In this document: positions 27,898-38,494 of the stretch, one piece after another
Layout of the letters: every line of letters begins with the position of its first letter
How positions within the stretch are numbered: the stretch's first letter is position 1
NCBI GenBank assembly: GCA_963713865.1
Contig: OY970208.1
Coordinates: 224,001 to 288,000 of the forward strand
DNA: 64,000 bases
Source: an uncultured candidate division Zixibacteria bacterium
GTDB lineage: Bacteria; Zixibacteria; MSB-5A5; RBG-16-43-9
Direction of reading: 5' to 3'
Translations under genes and position numbers: made by a program
The notes under the pieces: model-generated
What the model was told of the DNA's origin: nothing
The model's input: only the letters and a program-made list of their open reading frames with translations
The model's database searches: none

Positions 27898-28809
27898 ATG
27901 AAAATATCCAGGATAAGAAGCGGGGTAATTTTACTTTCGATTGGGCTGGTTTTACTCCTGAACAATTTGGATTATGTTGACTGGTCGGTCTGGCTTTCCA
28001 TCTTATCTTTATGGCCAGTCTTACTAATCGCCATCGGCATAGAAAAAATCTTTGCTAAGACCACCTTAAGCTTTTTAACCATCCTTTCCCCGATTTTGTT
28101 ATTTTTAGCTATTCTGGGCCCGGCTTATTTTTATTTTAACCAGAAGGAGGAACCTAATTATTCGGGAAAAACTTTTAACTGGGAAAAAGAGATGAACCTC
28201 CCTTTTAAAAAAGGTTATGCCTCTTTAGATTTTAAGGCTGGGACATTAAAAACCGATGTTTGCCAGGACAAACTCATCCTGGCTAACTTAGATTACTGGA
28301 AAAGGGTACCTCTTTGTCTTTACAATTATTCTGAGACGGATAGCATTATTCGATTAGATATTAAAGATGTCGACCGTTTCTGGAGTGGATGGTTTAGACC
28401 CGGTTTTAAAAGCAGGCATACCTGGAGCATTCAGCTTTCTGAAAAAATCCCCTGGGAATTAGAGATCGAGAATGCGGCCATGAGCGGAGAACTGGATTTC
28501 TCCAGGCTTATTCTTGAGAAATTGGCTATCGATTCAGATGCCAGCAAGCTTAAAGTTAAATTTGGAGATAGAGCCAAGAGTTTAAAAATCAGGATAGAGT
28601 CAGATGCCTCCAAATTAGAACTTTTGATACCAAAGGTCGTTGGCTTGCAGATTGAAAATCGGGCTTCGTTAAGCTCTACCGATTTTGAGAATATCTCCAT
28701 CAATCATGAAGGGGAAAGATACTGGACCTCCAATTACTCCTCTGCCTCATCTAAAATCGAGATATCTCTGCGGGGTGGAATCTCCAAACTCGAGGTAGCC
28801 GGCTATTGA
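27898..28809 (+). CDS. LiaF/DUF5668-like membrane protein with beta-solenoid (toast-rack-like) C-terminal domain
   Basis: GVILLSIGLVLLLNNL..LWPVLLIAIG; repeated SDASKL motifs. Confidence 0.75.
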   Translation: MKISRIRSGVILLSIGLVLLLNNLDYVDWSVWLSILSLWPVLLIAIGIEKIFAKTTLSFLTILSPILLFLAILGPAYFYFNQKEEPNYSGKTFNWEKEMNLPFKKGYASLDFKAGTLKTDVCQDKLILANLDYWKRVPLCLYNYSETDSIIRLDIKDVDRFWSGWFRPGFKSRHTWSIQLSEKIPWELEIENAAMSGELDFSRLILEKLAIDSDASKLKVKFGDRAKSLKIRIESDASKLELLIPKVVGLQIENRASLSSTDFENISINHEGERYWTSNYSSASSKIEISLRGGISKLEVAGY

Positions 28810-29012
28810 TCTCTTCCCCAATGATAAAAATATTCAAATGGTTCTCTCATAAAATCAATTTTACGGGGCGAGTAGCCCTTCATGTCTGTTTAAAATGGCT
28901 TAACCACCTGTGCTTGCCAGGTCCCCCGACCTGGCAAGTTTTTCGTCGGGTCAGGGGACCCGCCGATCACAGAAACTTGCTGAACTTATTTAGGACAGGC
29001 ATTTCTGCTCAC

Positions 29013-29804
29013 TTGAATTCTTCAGCTTTTCAATATATTTTTATCTTATTTTTGTCATCTTTATTTTCATTTGCTTTAAACTGTTCCAGGGAAAAGACAG
29101 ATGCTTATGCTAAAATAATCCAGCATAAAAAGCTTTTGGTGGGAACAGATGCCACCTATCCTCCCTTTGAATCCAAGGATGCAGGCACTGGCAAGATAGT
29201 GGGATTCGATATAGACCTGATGGATGCCATTTGTGATAAATTAGGGATTAAAAGCGAATATATAGTAGTCCCATTTGACGGGATTGTCTCCGGTTTAAAT
29301 AATAATAAATATGATGCCATAATCTCTTCCTTTACCATCACCCCCCAACGTGAGACTATTGTCAATTTCTCCAAGCCCTATTACCAGGCAAGCCAGTCAA
29401 TAGCAGTAAGACTTGACCAGCAAAAGATAAATTCTTTAATAGACCTTAAAGGTAAAAGAGTTGGCGTTCAGTTAGGCACCACCGGTGAGCTTTTAGCTAA
29501 AAAGATAGAAGGTGCCGAAATAATCTCATTCGATAACATCGGAGCCGCTTTTATCGATTTAGAGAACCGGAAATTAGATGCCATAATCAACGATAAACCC
29601 ACCTCTCAGAGAATCATAGCCCTGCGGGGTAACGCTAAGTTAGTTGGACCCGACCTCTCCTCAGAAAATTATGGAATTGCAGTAAGAAAGGGAGAAAAAA
29701 GACTATTAGAAGCCATCAATAATGCCCTTTCCGATTTACAGCTTTCTGGTAAAATTGATGATTTGAACAAAAAGTGGTTCTCAATTCAGACCAGGATTCA
29801 ATAG
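29013..29804 (+). CDS. Polar amino-acid ABC transporter substrate-binding lipoprotein
   Basis: VGTDATYPPFE, GFDID, VGVQLGTTG, YGIAVRKG; TTG 29013 precedes the hydrophobic signal and ALNC lipobox, whereas the longer ORF start runs through REP DNA. Confidence 0.9.
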   Translation: MNSSAFQYIFILFLSSLFSFALNCSREKTDAYAKIIQHKKLLVGTDATYPPFESKDAGTGKIVGFDIDLMDAICDKLGIKSEYIVVPFDGIVSGLNNNKYDAIISSFTITPQRETIVNFSKPYYQASQSIAVRLDQQKINSLIDLKGKRVGVQLGTTGELLAKKIEGAEIISFDNIGAAFIDLENRKLDAIINDKPTSQRIIALRGNAKLVGPDLSSENYGIAVRKGEKRLLEAINNALSDLQLSGKIDDLNKKWFSIQTRIQ

Positions 29805-29960
29805 CCAAAATCTGGAGCGCATCAGCCTGTCGAAGTTAACCTTGAGGCTGATGCTTTTTCTAAATAATAGAGAGAAATCAGCAAGAGCAAGCTCTTGCAC
29901 TTCAGATAAAACTACAACATTCTCCTTGACTTCTCATTAACACTCCTTAAATTTTCAACT

Positions 29961-30656
29961 ATGTCTTTTCAAGAAATCTTCTATTGGATTTCCCTTCAGC
30001 TTCAAATTCTTAAAAATATCTTTATTTTCTTAGCTCCTGCTATTCCGATGACCATTAAATTAACTCTGGTTGCCTTTGCCATGGCTCTCTTATTAGGTCT
30101 TTTCGTAGGCATAGCCCGGCTTTCACACAGAGGTCTAATCAAAGCTCTATCTAAAATCTATGTGGATGTTTTGAGGGGCATTCCACTTTTGGTTCAGATA
30201 TTCTTTATATACTTTGGTTTGGGGAAGATTTTGAATTTAGACCGGTTCTTAGCCGGGGTAATAGCCATCGGTGTCTGTTATTCTGCCTATTTAGCTGAGA
30301 TAATAAGGGCTGGGATTCAGGCAATCCACAAAGGTCAATATCAGGCTGCCTTATCTTTGGGAATGACCCGTTATCAGACTATGAGGTATGTGATTTTGCC
30401 CCAATCGTTAAGGATAATAATCCCGCCAGTAGCCAATGAATTCATTGCTTCCTTGAAAGATAGTTCTTTAGTTTCCATAATCGGGTTAAGGGAGTTAACC
30501 CGTGCTGGCAGGGAATATTACTCCCAGTATTTTGTGGATTTCCAGACCTGGCTGGTGGTTGGCATAATTTATCTAATAATGACTCTGAGCTTATCCAGAT
30601 TAGTTTCTTACCTGGAGAAAAAATACAAAGTGCATGGTTATGGAATCTCGCATTGA
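29961..30656 (+). CDS. Polar amino-acid ABC transporter permease
   Basis: RGIPLLVQ, AEIIRAGIQAI.KGQ..AA.SLG, LKDSSL. Confidence 0.93.
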   Translation: MSFQEIFYWISLQLQILKNIFIFLAPAIPMTIKLTLVAFAMALLLGLFVGIARLSHRGLIKALSKIYVDVLRGIPLLVQIFFIYFGLGKILNLDRFLAGVIAIGVCYSAYLAEIIRAGIQAIHKGQYQAALSLGMTRYQTMRYVILPQSLRIIIPPVANEFIASLKDSSLVSIIGLRELTRAGREYYSQYFVDFQTWLVVGIIYLIMTLSLSRLVSYLEKKYKVHGYGISH

Positions 30657-30755
30657 TTCTATGAAAATGGAGTATAAACCTTTAGGTTTATTTAAGATTA
30701 ATTCAAATTTTCAATTTACCTATAGTAAAACTAAAGTTTTACACTCCCGAATAAA

Positions 30756-31484
30756 ATGATTATTCAGACTAAAGAAATCAGTAAAATATTCGGTGAATTT
30801 ATCGCTTTAGATAAAATCACCCTCGAGGTTGAAAAAGGCGAAGTTGTGGTGATAATCGGGCCATCTGGCTCTGGGAAAAGCACCTTGCTTCGCTGTTTAA
30901 ATGGTCTGGAAAAAGTCGATTCCGGGGAGATCGTTATTGATGGGATAAAATTAGATAAAGATAAAAAGAATATTTATAAGGTCAGAGAGGAAATCGGGAT
31001 GGTCTTTCAGGAATTTAACCTTTTTCCCCATCTTACGGTTTCAGGAAACCTCTGTTTAGCCCAGGAGGTTGTAAGAAAGAGAAATAAATCTGACTCTGAG
31101 AAAATCTCTTTGGAACTTCTAAATAAGGTTGGGCTGTTTAATAAAAAAGACTCTTTCCCTAATCAGCTTTCAGGTGGTCAGCAGCAGAGAGTAGCCATAG
31201 CCCGGGCATTAGCAATGAATCCCAAAATAATGCTCTTTGATGAGCCAACCTCAGCCTTAGACCCGGAGATGATTGGTGAGGTCTTGGAAGTAATGAAAAT
31301 TCTGGCAAAAGAAGGGATGACTATGCTGGTGGTTACTCATGAGATCGGATTTGCCAGAGAGGTTGCTAACCGGATAATCTTTATAGACCAGGGGAAGATT
31401 ATAGAAGAGGGAAAAACTGAGACTATTTTAAATTCCCCCCAGAATCCCCGCACCATTGCTTTTTTGAGTAAAGTTTTGAAATAG
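30756..31484 (+). CDS. Polar amino-acid ABC transporter ATPase (GlnQ-like)
   Basis: [35 protein letters not shown]. Confidence 0.95.
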   Translation: MIIQTKEISKIFGEFIALDKITLEVEKGEVVVIIGPSGSGKSTLLRCLNGLEKVDSGEIVIDGIKLDKDKKNIYKVREEIGMVFQEFNLFPHLTVSGNLCLAQEVVRKRNKSDSEKISLELLNKVGLFNKKDSFPNQLSGGQQQRVAIARALAMNPKIMLFDEPTSALDPEMIGEVLEVMKILAKEGMTMLVVTHEIGFAREVANRIIFIDQGKIIEEGKTETILNSPQNPRTIAFLSKVLK

Positions 31485-31487
31485 TTT

Positions 31488-31760
31488 TCCTCTCCCTTGT
31501 CCTACAACGGAGACTATGTTTGGCGAAGCCACCGTAGGAATGGGAGGGAATAAGGAGAGGGTGAAGTCATTTTAATTTACCCCTCTCCCTAACCCTCTCC
31601 CACAAGCCGTTAAAAGCTTTTCGGTCCTGCGGAGGCTTCGCTCCTCGTAGAGGGGAGAAATCTCACCCATATTCTCTCCTTAAAAAGAGAAAATTCTTAG
31701 GAACGTATTGCAATACGCTCCTATATTAAAAAAGACAGACTGGAAACCTGTCCTACTGAT
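31488..31760. repeat. Composite repeat cluster including a 40-bp nested element at 31500-31539
   Basis: CCTCTCCC...GGGAG hairpins; TAGGAACGTATTGCAATACGCTCCTA resembles 44430-44457; TCCTAC...GTAGGA insert resembles 52008-52048. Confidence 0.7.
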
Positions 31761-31769
31761 TTAGAAAAC

Positions 31770-31797
31770 AAAAAAGCCTCCACTGGAGGCTTTTTTT
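31770..31797. terminator. Bidirectional intrinsic terminator
   Basis: AAAAAAGCCTCCACTGGAGGCTTTTTTT between convergent genes. Confidence 0.85.
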
Positions 31798-31841
31798 AAA
31801 TATAATTTAAGGTTTATTGTTTTATTATTCTATCTCTTGAA

Positions 31842-32567
31842 TTAGAGCGCTTCCCCACTTTCAGGTTGCAGCTTTTCCTCAAGTGGTGGCTGTTCAAACT
31901 CTTCAAACTGCGGGAAAACCTCCTCCTCTGGAGGTGCAGGTTCAAATTCTTCAAACAGAGGGGCAAGTTCCTCTTCTAAAAATGAAATCTCAGGCTCTAA
32001 AGGTGGTTCTTCAGGAGCAATAGAGAGTTCTCGTCTCTCCTGAGCAGGTGCAGGAGGAGTTACTTCTTCAGAAAGAGGTCCAATCCTATGCTTTTGCATA
32101 CGCAGAGGTCTCTCTCCTTTAAACCTTATCCTTTTTTCTATAATCCTCTTCCCTGCTGCCCGATGTAATCTTCTTTCCCTGATAGTTTGCAGCTGCTCTT
32201 TGGTTAGGACCTCTCTTATAACCATTTTCCTTTCGAACTTCGCCTTTTGCAGTTTAGTTCTCAAATCCCCGATCTCATCCAGTTTCCGGTTAATCTTGGC
32301 TTTATCCAGATCGTCCTGCTGCATTAACTCTCTTAATTCCAGATGAGCGATTTTCAAATCAGAGCTGAGCCGGATTTCATCTTTCCTTCCCTCCAGAGCC
32401 GTACTCCTGATCTTTTCTTTCTGTTCCGGTGAAAGATTAAAGCCGGGCTTAGAGGGTTTTTCCCTTTTCGTCATTTGCGAGAAAGCTGAATTATAACAAA
32501 GGAAAAGGGGTAGCATAACCACAATTAAAAGCAAGATCAGTTTCTTTTGGGTTATCATCTTTATCAC
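31842..32567 (-). CDS. Periplasmic Spy/CpxP-like protein with acidic Pro/Glu-rich tail
   Basis: Signal peptide; LSPEQ and LTKEQ (LTxxQ) motifs; FEEFE..P.EE repeats. Confidence 0.75.
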   Translation of the reverse strand: MIKMITQKKLILLLIVVMLPLFLCYNSAFSQMTKREKPSKPGFNLSPEQKEKIRSTALEGRKDEIRLSSDLKIAHLELRELMQQDDLDKAKINRKLDEIGDLRTKLQKAKFERKMVIREVLTKEQLQTIRERRLHRAAGKRIIEKRIRFKGERPLRMQKHRIGPLSEEVTPPAPAQERRELSIAPEEPPLEPEISFLEEELAPLFEEFEPAPPEEEVFPQFEEFEQPPLEEKLQPESGEAL

Positions 32568-32579
32568 CTCCTTCAGTTA

Positions 32580-33182
32580 TTATTCCCCAAAACTTCTTTT
32601 TCCACGGTACTGACGAATAATATCCATCATCTTTTTTTCAAAGCTATCCTCAAAGAGCAAAAGCTTTGCCTGTTGTTCTAAGGTTAACAACTCCTTGGCC
32701 TTTTCTCTGAATCTCTGCTGGACCTCCTCCAGGAAAATTCTTTCTTTTTCTAACTGGATTAAAATATCTTTTATCTTGCCTTCCTTAGGTTTCTCGTCTG
32801 TTACTCTTCCCATTGTCGCATGACCTACTGCATCACCAGGAACTCTACCCTTTGTTCCTATTCTGGTCCCATCGTCTACTTCTACTTTTCCTAAAACAAT
32901 CTCTAGTTCCCTGAAAAGATTTTCTCTTTTCTCCCGGAAAGTCTTTTGCGCTTTCTGTAACTCTCTCCAGGCTGGTAAAAATCTATCCGATTGTTCCTGA
33001 GATAGATTTAAAGCCTCTATCATCTTCCACATCTTCATCGTCTCAATCTCTTCTTTTAATCTCTCCCTTTTACCTTCTTCCGGGAAAGGAGGTCCGGGTG
33101 GTCCCTGGGCATAGAGGGTCTTTCCAGCTAAAAGAAAACTGAAAGCCAAGAGAAGCATAACCGATGATTTAATCTTTCTCAT
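32580..33182 (-). CDS. Periplasmic Spy/CpxP-like helical protein
   Basis: Signal peptide; LNLSQEQ and LLTLEQQAK motifs. Confidence 0.7.
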   Translation of the reverse strand: MRKIKSSVMLLLAFSFLLAGKTLYAQGPPGPPFPEEGKRERLKEEIETMKMWKMIEALNLSQEQSDRFLPAWRELQKAQKTFREKRENLFRELEIVLGKVEVDDGTRIGTKGRVPGDAVGHATMGRVTDEKPKEGKIKDILIQLEKERIFLEEVQQRFREKAKELLTLEQQAKLLLFEDSFEKKMMDIIRQYRGKRSFGE

Positions 33183-33817
33183 AAAATCTCCTTTTTAAAT
33201 TTTTCCTTTTCTAAGGTTTTCTTCAAATCCTCTAACTGTTTAATATCTAACTCCTCCAGGCTTTTTTCTTTTCCACCCTTTTCCCAGTAATATTCCTCTA
33301 ATTCCTCCTCTGCCAGAACTAACTTTTTTCTATCAGCTTCAGTGATAAGAGACCTGATCGAGCTTTCGTCCTCTTCAGCATAGAAAAGCTCCTCTATCTT
33401 CTCGTTTTCTGCTGGTAACAGGTAGGTATAGGACTCTGCTCCAGATCTGAACATAACCTTTCGGTCATTTCTCAATAGAAATACACCCAAGAGTAAAATC
33501 AAGAAGAAAGTAACAATCCCTCCAGCAAATTTCCACTTTGGAATAATTACACCCCCGGTTTCTTCTTTCTTTTCGATTTTTGATCTCACCGCAGGTACGA
33601 AATTAGTCCAGAAAAGCTCCTCTGCTTCAACTGGACTTTCCTTTTTGAGCATTTCAAAAGTCGAAACAATCTCCTCATACTCTTTCTGACACCTAGAGCA
33701 TGTATCCAGATGGTTCTGAACTAACTTTTTCTCCTCTAGAGAAAGATTATTTTCAAAATAACCAATCAGCTTAAATTTTATGTCTTTACATCTCATTTTC
33801 ATTCTACCATTCCTCAA
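33179..33817 (-). CDS. zf-HC2 anti-sigma factor
   Basis: C...HLDTCSRC, one TM helix, follows the ECF sigma gene; the true start may be a downstream Met. Confidence 0.85.
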   Translation of the reverse strand: MRNGRMKMRCKDIKFKLIGYFENNLSLEEKKLVQNHLDTCSRCQKEYEEIVSTFEMLKKESPVEAEELFWTNFVPAVRSKIEKKEETGGVIIPKWKFAGGIVTFFLILLLGVFLLRNDRKVMFRSGAESYTYLLPAENEKIEELFYAEEDESSIRSLITEADRKKLVLAEEELEEYYWEKGGKEKSLEELDIKQLEDLKKTLEKEKFKKEIL

Positions 33818-34355
33818 AATGAGCTAAAGATTTTTTGAGCTTTTTTAAAGCTTGAAAATAATTGGCTTTAACAGCACCTTCGCTTTTACCCATAACTTCA
33901 GCTATCTCTGAATATTGTAATTCCTGATAATGCCTTAAAACGAAAACTGCCTTTTGCTTTTTGGGCAGATTTAAGACCGCCTGGTCAATTGCTTTATCCA
34001 GCTCCTTTTTCTCAAAGTCCTTAAGAGGAGAATCAGAGGACGGGACTGGTTGAGTTAAATCTGGTAGCGAGATAAAGGACCTGAACTTGTCTCTCTGGGT
34101 AAAATTCAAGCTCAGGTTTACCGCTATGCGATGAAGCCAGGTGGAAAAGTTGGACTCCCCTCTAAAATCTTTTAAGGAATGATATACTTTAACAAAAACT
34201 TCCTGGGCTAAGTCCATAGCATCCTCCTTATTGCGCACCATTCTGAAAACCAGATTGAAAATCCTTTTCTTGTATAGATTAACCAGCTCATTAAAAGCCT
34301 TCTCCTCTCCCTGTTTAAACCTCCGGATTAATTCCTGAGTAATTCCCTCATTCAT
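33804..34355 (-). CDS. ECF sigma factor
   Basis: DLAQEVFVKVY, FSTWLHRIAVN, YSEIAEVMGKSEGAVK. Confidence 0.95.
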   Translation of the reverse strand: MNEGITQELIRRFKQGEEKAFNELVNLYKKRIFNLVFRMVRNKEDAMDLAQEVFVKVYHSLKDFRGESNFSTWLHRIAVNLSLNFTQRDKFRSFISLPDLTQPVPSSDSPLKDFEKKELDKAIDQAVLNLPKKQKAVFVLRHYQELQYSEIAEVMGKSEGAVKANYFQALKKLKKSLAHFEEW

Positions 34356-34375
34356 CTCTTATCTTTCTATATATT

Positions 34376-34403
34376 TTGACACCAGAGTAACCTAAAAAGT
34401 TTA
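34376..34403 (-). promoter_or_regulatory. Candidate autoregulatory ECF promoter
   Basis: Minus strand TAAACTT-N16-GTCAA, similar to RpoE-type GGAACTT...GTCAA, 20 nt before the ATG. Confidence 0.45.
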
Positions 34404-34480
34404 ATCAAATAATAAAGGGCAAACCGGGTTTGCCCTGTCTTTTCCAAATAATAACCACTGATCACTGAGAACTGTTTTAA

Positions 34481-35548
<1,068 letters not shown>

Positions 35549-35577
35549 TTACGAGGAGCTAAGTCCGGCGCCCTATC

Positions 35578-36600
35578 CTACGGATCAGTAGGACGGACGG
35601 GCAGGCTCGTAGCCGCCGTATCCGCCTCAGATGAATTATCAGCTTTCTCCTTTCCTAAATAGATATATCGGCGAATTAAAGGAACCCAATCGCTCCATTT
35701 TTTATCGGTTTTACCCTGGTGGCTCTCACGGTGGATGATTTCTGTAAATGCTCCGGCTTTGGCATCCATCTCATCTGCGTAATACAGGATAACTGCTTCC
35801 AGGGTTTGCGGTACGACTGGAGAAGCAAATTCTAACTGTCCCTGATGAGACAGTACCAGATGCCTTAGCTGTAAAGCCAGTCCCTCCGGGAAATCTTCAA
35901 CTTTTTTTATCTTATCCCGGACAATCTCATCCCCGGAGATAATATGTCCTAATAGCCTACCCTCGTCTGTGAAATCTATAAAACCGGTAATGGAATAAGT
36001 AAAAATCTTACCTATATCGTGAAGTAATGCACCAGTAATAAGTAAATCCCTGTCAACCAATTCATACAAATCTGCTGCCTTTTCGCAGAACTCTACCACT
36101 TTTAAAGTATGTTCCAAAAGCCCGCCTAAATAGGAATGATGCCAGAGCTTTGCACCCGGGGCTATCTTCAGCTTATCGATTAACTTATCATCCTCCAAGA
36201 TTAAATTCAATAACCTTCTTAAATAAGGGCTGGTTATACTTTCTGCTTTTTCCTTGAACTTCTCAAAAAGAATATCCAGAGCTACCTGAGAGCGGGGCAA
36301 AAAATCTAAAGGATCGCTCTCACCCTCTTTAACCTTTCTTAACTTATCGATTTTTATCTCCAAACCATCTTTATAGGTTATAGCCATCCCTTTGACCTTA
36401 ACGATCTCCCCGGTTTCAGCCTCAGAATAAGATTCTTCTGCTTTCTCCCACAATACCGCATCAATCCTGCCAGAAGGGTCTCCCAATTCCAGTTTCAGAT
36501 ATTTCTGACCGTTATACTCCTTGAGCTCTTTTTTCCTGAGCACGAAGAAATCGACCACTTCGGTCCCGGGCTTCAAATCTTTTATCCAGATATTTTTCAT
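35578..36600 (-). CDS. yhaM: 3'-5' exoribonuclease YhaM-like (OB fold + HD)
   Basis: N-terminal OB fold; HHSYLGGLLEH, LLHDIGK, GRLLGHI, SHQG. Confidence 0.85.
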   Translation of the reverse strand: MKNIWIKDLKPGTEVVDFFVLRKKELKEYNGQKYLKLELGDPSGRIDAVLWEKAEESYSEAETGEIVKVKGMAITYKDGLEIKIDKLRKVKEGESDPLDFLPRSQVALDILFEKFKEKAESITSPYLRRLLNLILEDDKLIDKLKIAPGAKLWHHSYLGGLLEHTLKVVEFCEKAADLYELVDRDLLITGALLHDIGKIFTYSITGFIDFTDEGRLLGHIISGDEIVRDKIKKVEDFPEGLALQLRHLVLSHQGQLEFASPVVPQTLEAVILYYADEMDAKAGAFTEIIHRESHQGKTDKKWSDWVPLIRRYIYLGKEKADNSSEADTAATSLPVRPTDP

Positions 36601-36804
36601 AACCTATCCGCCAAAGGTGGATTTAAAAATACCAAAATCCTCAAACAAAAGTCAAGCAGAAAATAGTTGTTTTCCATAAAGGGGATGGAGCTTGATTTCA
36701 TCTTTATCTCTTATATGGGAAAGGCTACCATTGCTGATAATTGGGAAAGGTGACTTTAACCTTAAAGAGACTTTAGGTGAAATCATAATATTCTCAATTA
36801 TAAC

Positions 36805-36834
36805 AAAAAAGCCCATCCCTTGGATGGGCTTTTT
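36805..36834. terminator. Bidirectional intrinsic terminator
   Basis: AAAAAAGCCCATCCCTTGGATGGGCTTTTT. Confidence 0.85.
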
Positions 36835-36847
36835 AGTCTCTTTTCAA

Positions 36848-38455
36848 TTAAGGGAAACAGGCTGAACAACAGAAAGCTGGTGGAGAACCATTTTTGTAAA
36901 GAAAATTGTTTAAATATACTATATCACCTATACTAACACGCCCATCTCCGTTGCAATCCCCTTTGCCTGGAGCAGGTGGAGGCCCACCTTTAAATAGATA
37001 ATTTATCAGGTAAACCATATCACTAATATCGATCTTCTTATCATTGTTCACATCACCTGTATTTATGGTAACCAGTGCATTCCAGGAATCTACTCTTCCA
37101 TGACCTAACTTAGGTCTTAAATAAGTCGGGTAAACATTGGGATCTGCGGTAGCCTCTAAAACAGACCTGACCTGGGCATTTGTAAAATTAGGGCAGGCAG
37201 ACCAAATTAATGCCGCCACACCTGACACTAAAGGTGCAGAAAATGAAGTCCCTTCATTATATACATAGCCAAAATATTTACCCCCTAATCTAGCAGGGGC
37301 ATAGGTAGAACAAGGAGCACAAAGGTCAACCCAAGTACCATAGTTTGAATAGTCCGTTTTTGTATCACTAGAATTAGTAGCTGCGACACCTATTACATTT
37401 GTATACGAACCTGGATATATAGGTGTCTCGGACCAATTGTTACCGGCTGAAGCCACCAAGAGCAAACCAGCCTGATAGGCTAAGTTTACCGCTAATTCTA
37501 AGCTTGGAGGATTAGGAGGAGGATAATGCCAACTCATATTAATAATTTTTGCCCCGTTATCACGGGCATAAGCTATACCGTCAATGGATTTAGCCAATAC
37601 CACATCAGCTTTGTATATCATAAGTTTAGGGTACCAGATTGCTCCTGCGACCCCGCGATTGTTGTTGGTAAGAGCTCCAGAAGTCCCACCAACCTGATTT
37701 CCGTGGTCGCTTAACTCTGGGAGTAAGAAGCTCAGGCAGTCTGGGTTATTATCATACTCATACTGGTCCCAACCTACAAAATCATCATAATACCCATTGA
37801 AGTCATTATCTATACCATTTACATCACCTGGATCAAAAATCCATCTTCCACTTACTGAGTCCCACTCTAAGGTATGTCCGTCTCCATCCGAATCCTCACC
37901 CAAATTCTGCCAGATATTAGTATAAGCTGAATCCCCGAAATCGGGATGATACCAGTCCAAACCACTATCGTGGATTAAAATAATCACTGATGAATCCCCT
38001 TTTTCCAGATTCCAGGCACTTTCAGATTTGATTTTTGGTAGCCCCCACTGATTATAGTAAAAGGGATCGTTGGGTACAATATCTATCTGACCAATGTAAT
38101 TCGGGTCCACCAGCAAAATGTGTGGATCCGTGGAGTAAATGGAAGCCAGGTTAGATACATCTAAGGTGTCAGAGAACTTTAAAAGATAAAAACCCTGAAC
38201 CGCACTCCATTTTCCTTTATAGATTTTCTCCAGAGCATAAGATTTAAAAAGAATATTCAAGCTATCTAAGGAGCCTAAATTGGTTATTAAAGAATCATTT
38301 CTAATAACAGGATTGATAGGCAGATATTCATTTTTAATGACAATTATTAACTGCCCCGGAACATAATTCTGAGAGAAAAGAGGACTTGAGGAAAGAAATA
38401 AGCTTAGAAGGGAAATGGTGCAAATCCCTGCAAATAGTATTTTACTTTTCAACAT
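36848..38455 (-). CDS. Secreted S8 subtilisin-like peptidase with C-terminal type-I dockerin
   Basis: Catalytic triad HDSG / DHGNQV / GTSFSAP, oxyanion SAGN; two Ca-binding repeats GDVNNDKKIDISD and GDCNGDGRVSIGD. Confidence 0.92.
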   Translation of the reverse strand: MLKSKILFAGICTISLLSLFLSSSPLFSQNYVPGQLIIVIKNEYLPINPVIRNDSLITNLGSLDSLNILFKSYALEKIYKGKWSAVQGFYLLKFSDTLDVSNLASIYSTDPHILLVDPNYIGQIDIVPNDPFYYNQWGLPKIKSESAWNLEKGDSSVIILIHDSGLDWYHPDFGDSAYTNIWQNLGEDSDGDGHTLEWDSVSGRWIFDPGDVNGIDNDFNGYYDDFVGWDQYEYDNNPDCLSFLLPELSDHGNQVGGTSGALTNNNRGVAGAIWYPKLMIYKADVVLAKSIDGIAYARDNGAKIINMSWHYPPPNPPSLELAVNLAYQAGLLLVASAGNNWSETPIYPGSYTNVIGVAATNSSDTKTDYSNYGTWVDLCAPCSTYAPARLGGKYFGYVYNEGTSFSAPLVSGVAALIWSACPNFTNAQVRSVLEATADPNVYPTYLRPKLGHGRVDSWNALVTINTGDVNNDKKIDISDMVYLINYLFKGGPPPAPGKGDCNGDGRVSIGDIVYLNNFLYKNGSPPAFCCSACFP

Positions 38456-38494
38456 CTTAAACCCCTCCCTACGGGTCGTGAAGCTTTTATCGAC

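Noticed and set aside
28806-29012. N-terminal 69 codons of the substrate-binding protein ORF
   Set aside because: They run through CGTC-type REP hairpins; the signal peptide and lipobox begin only after 29013.
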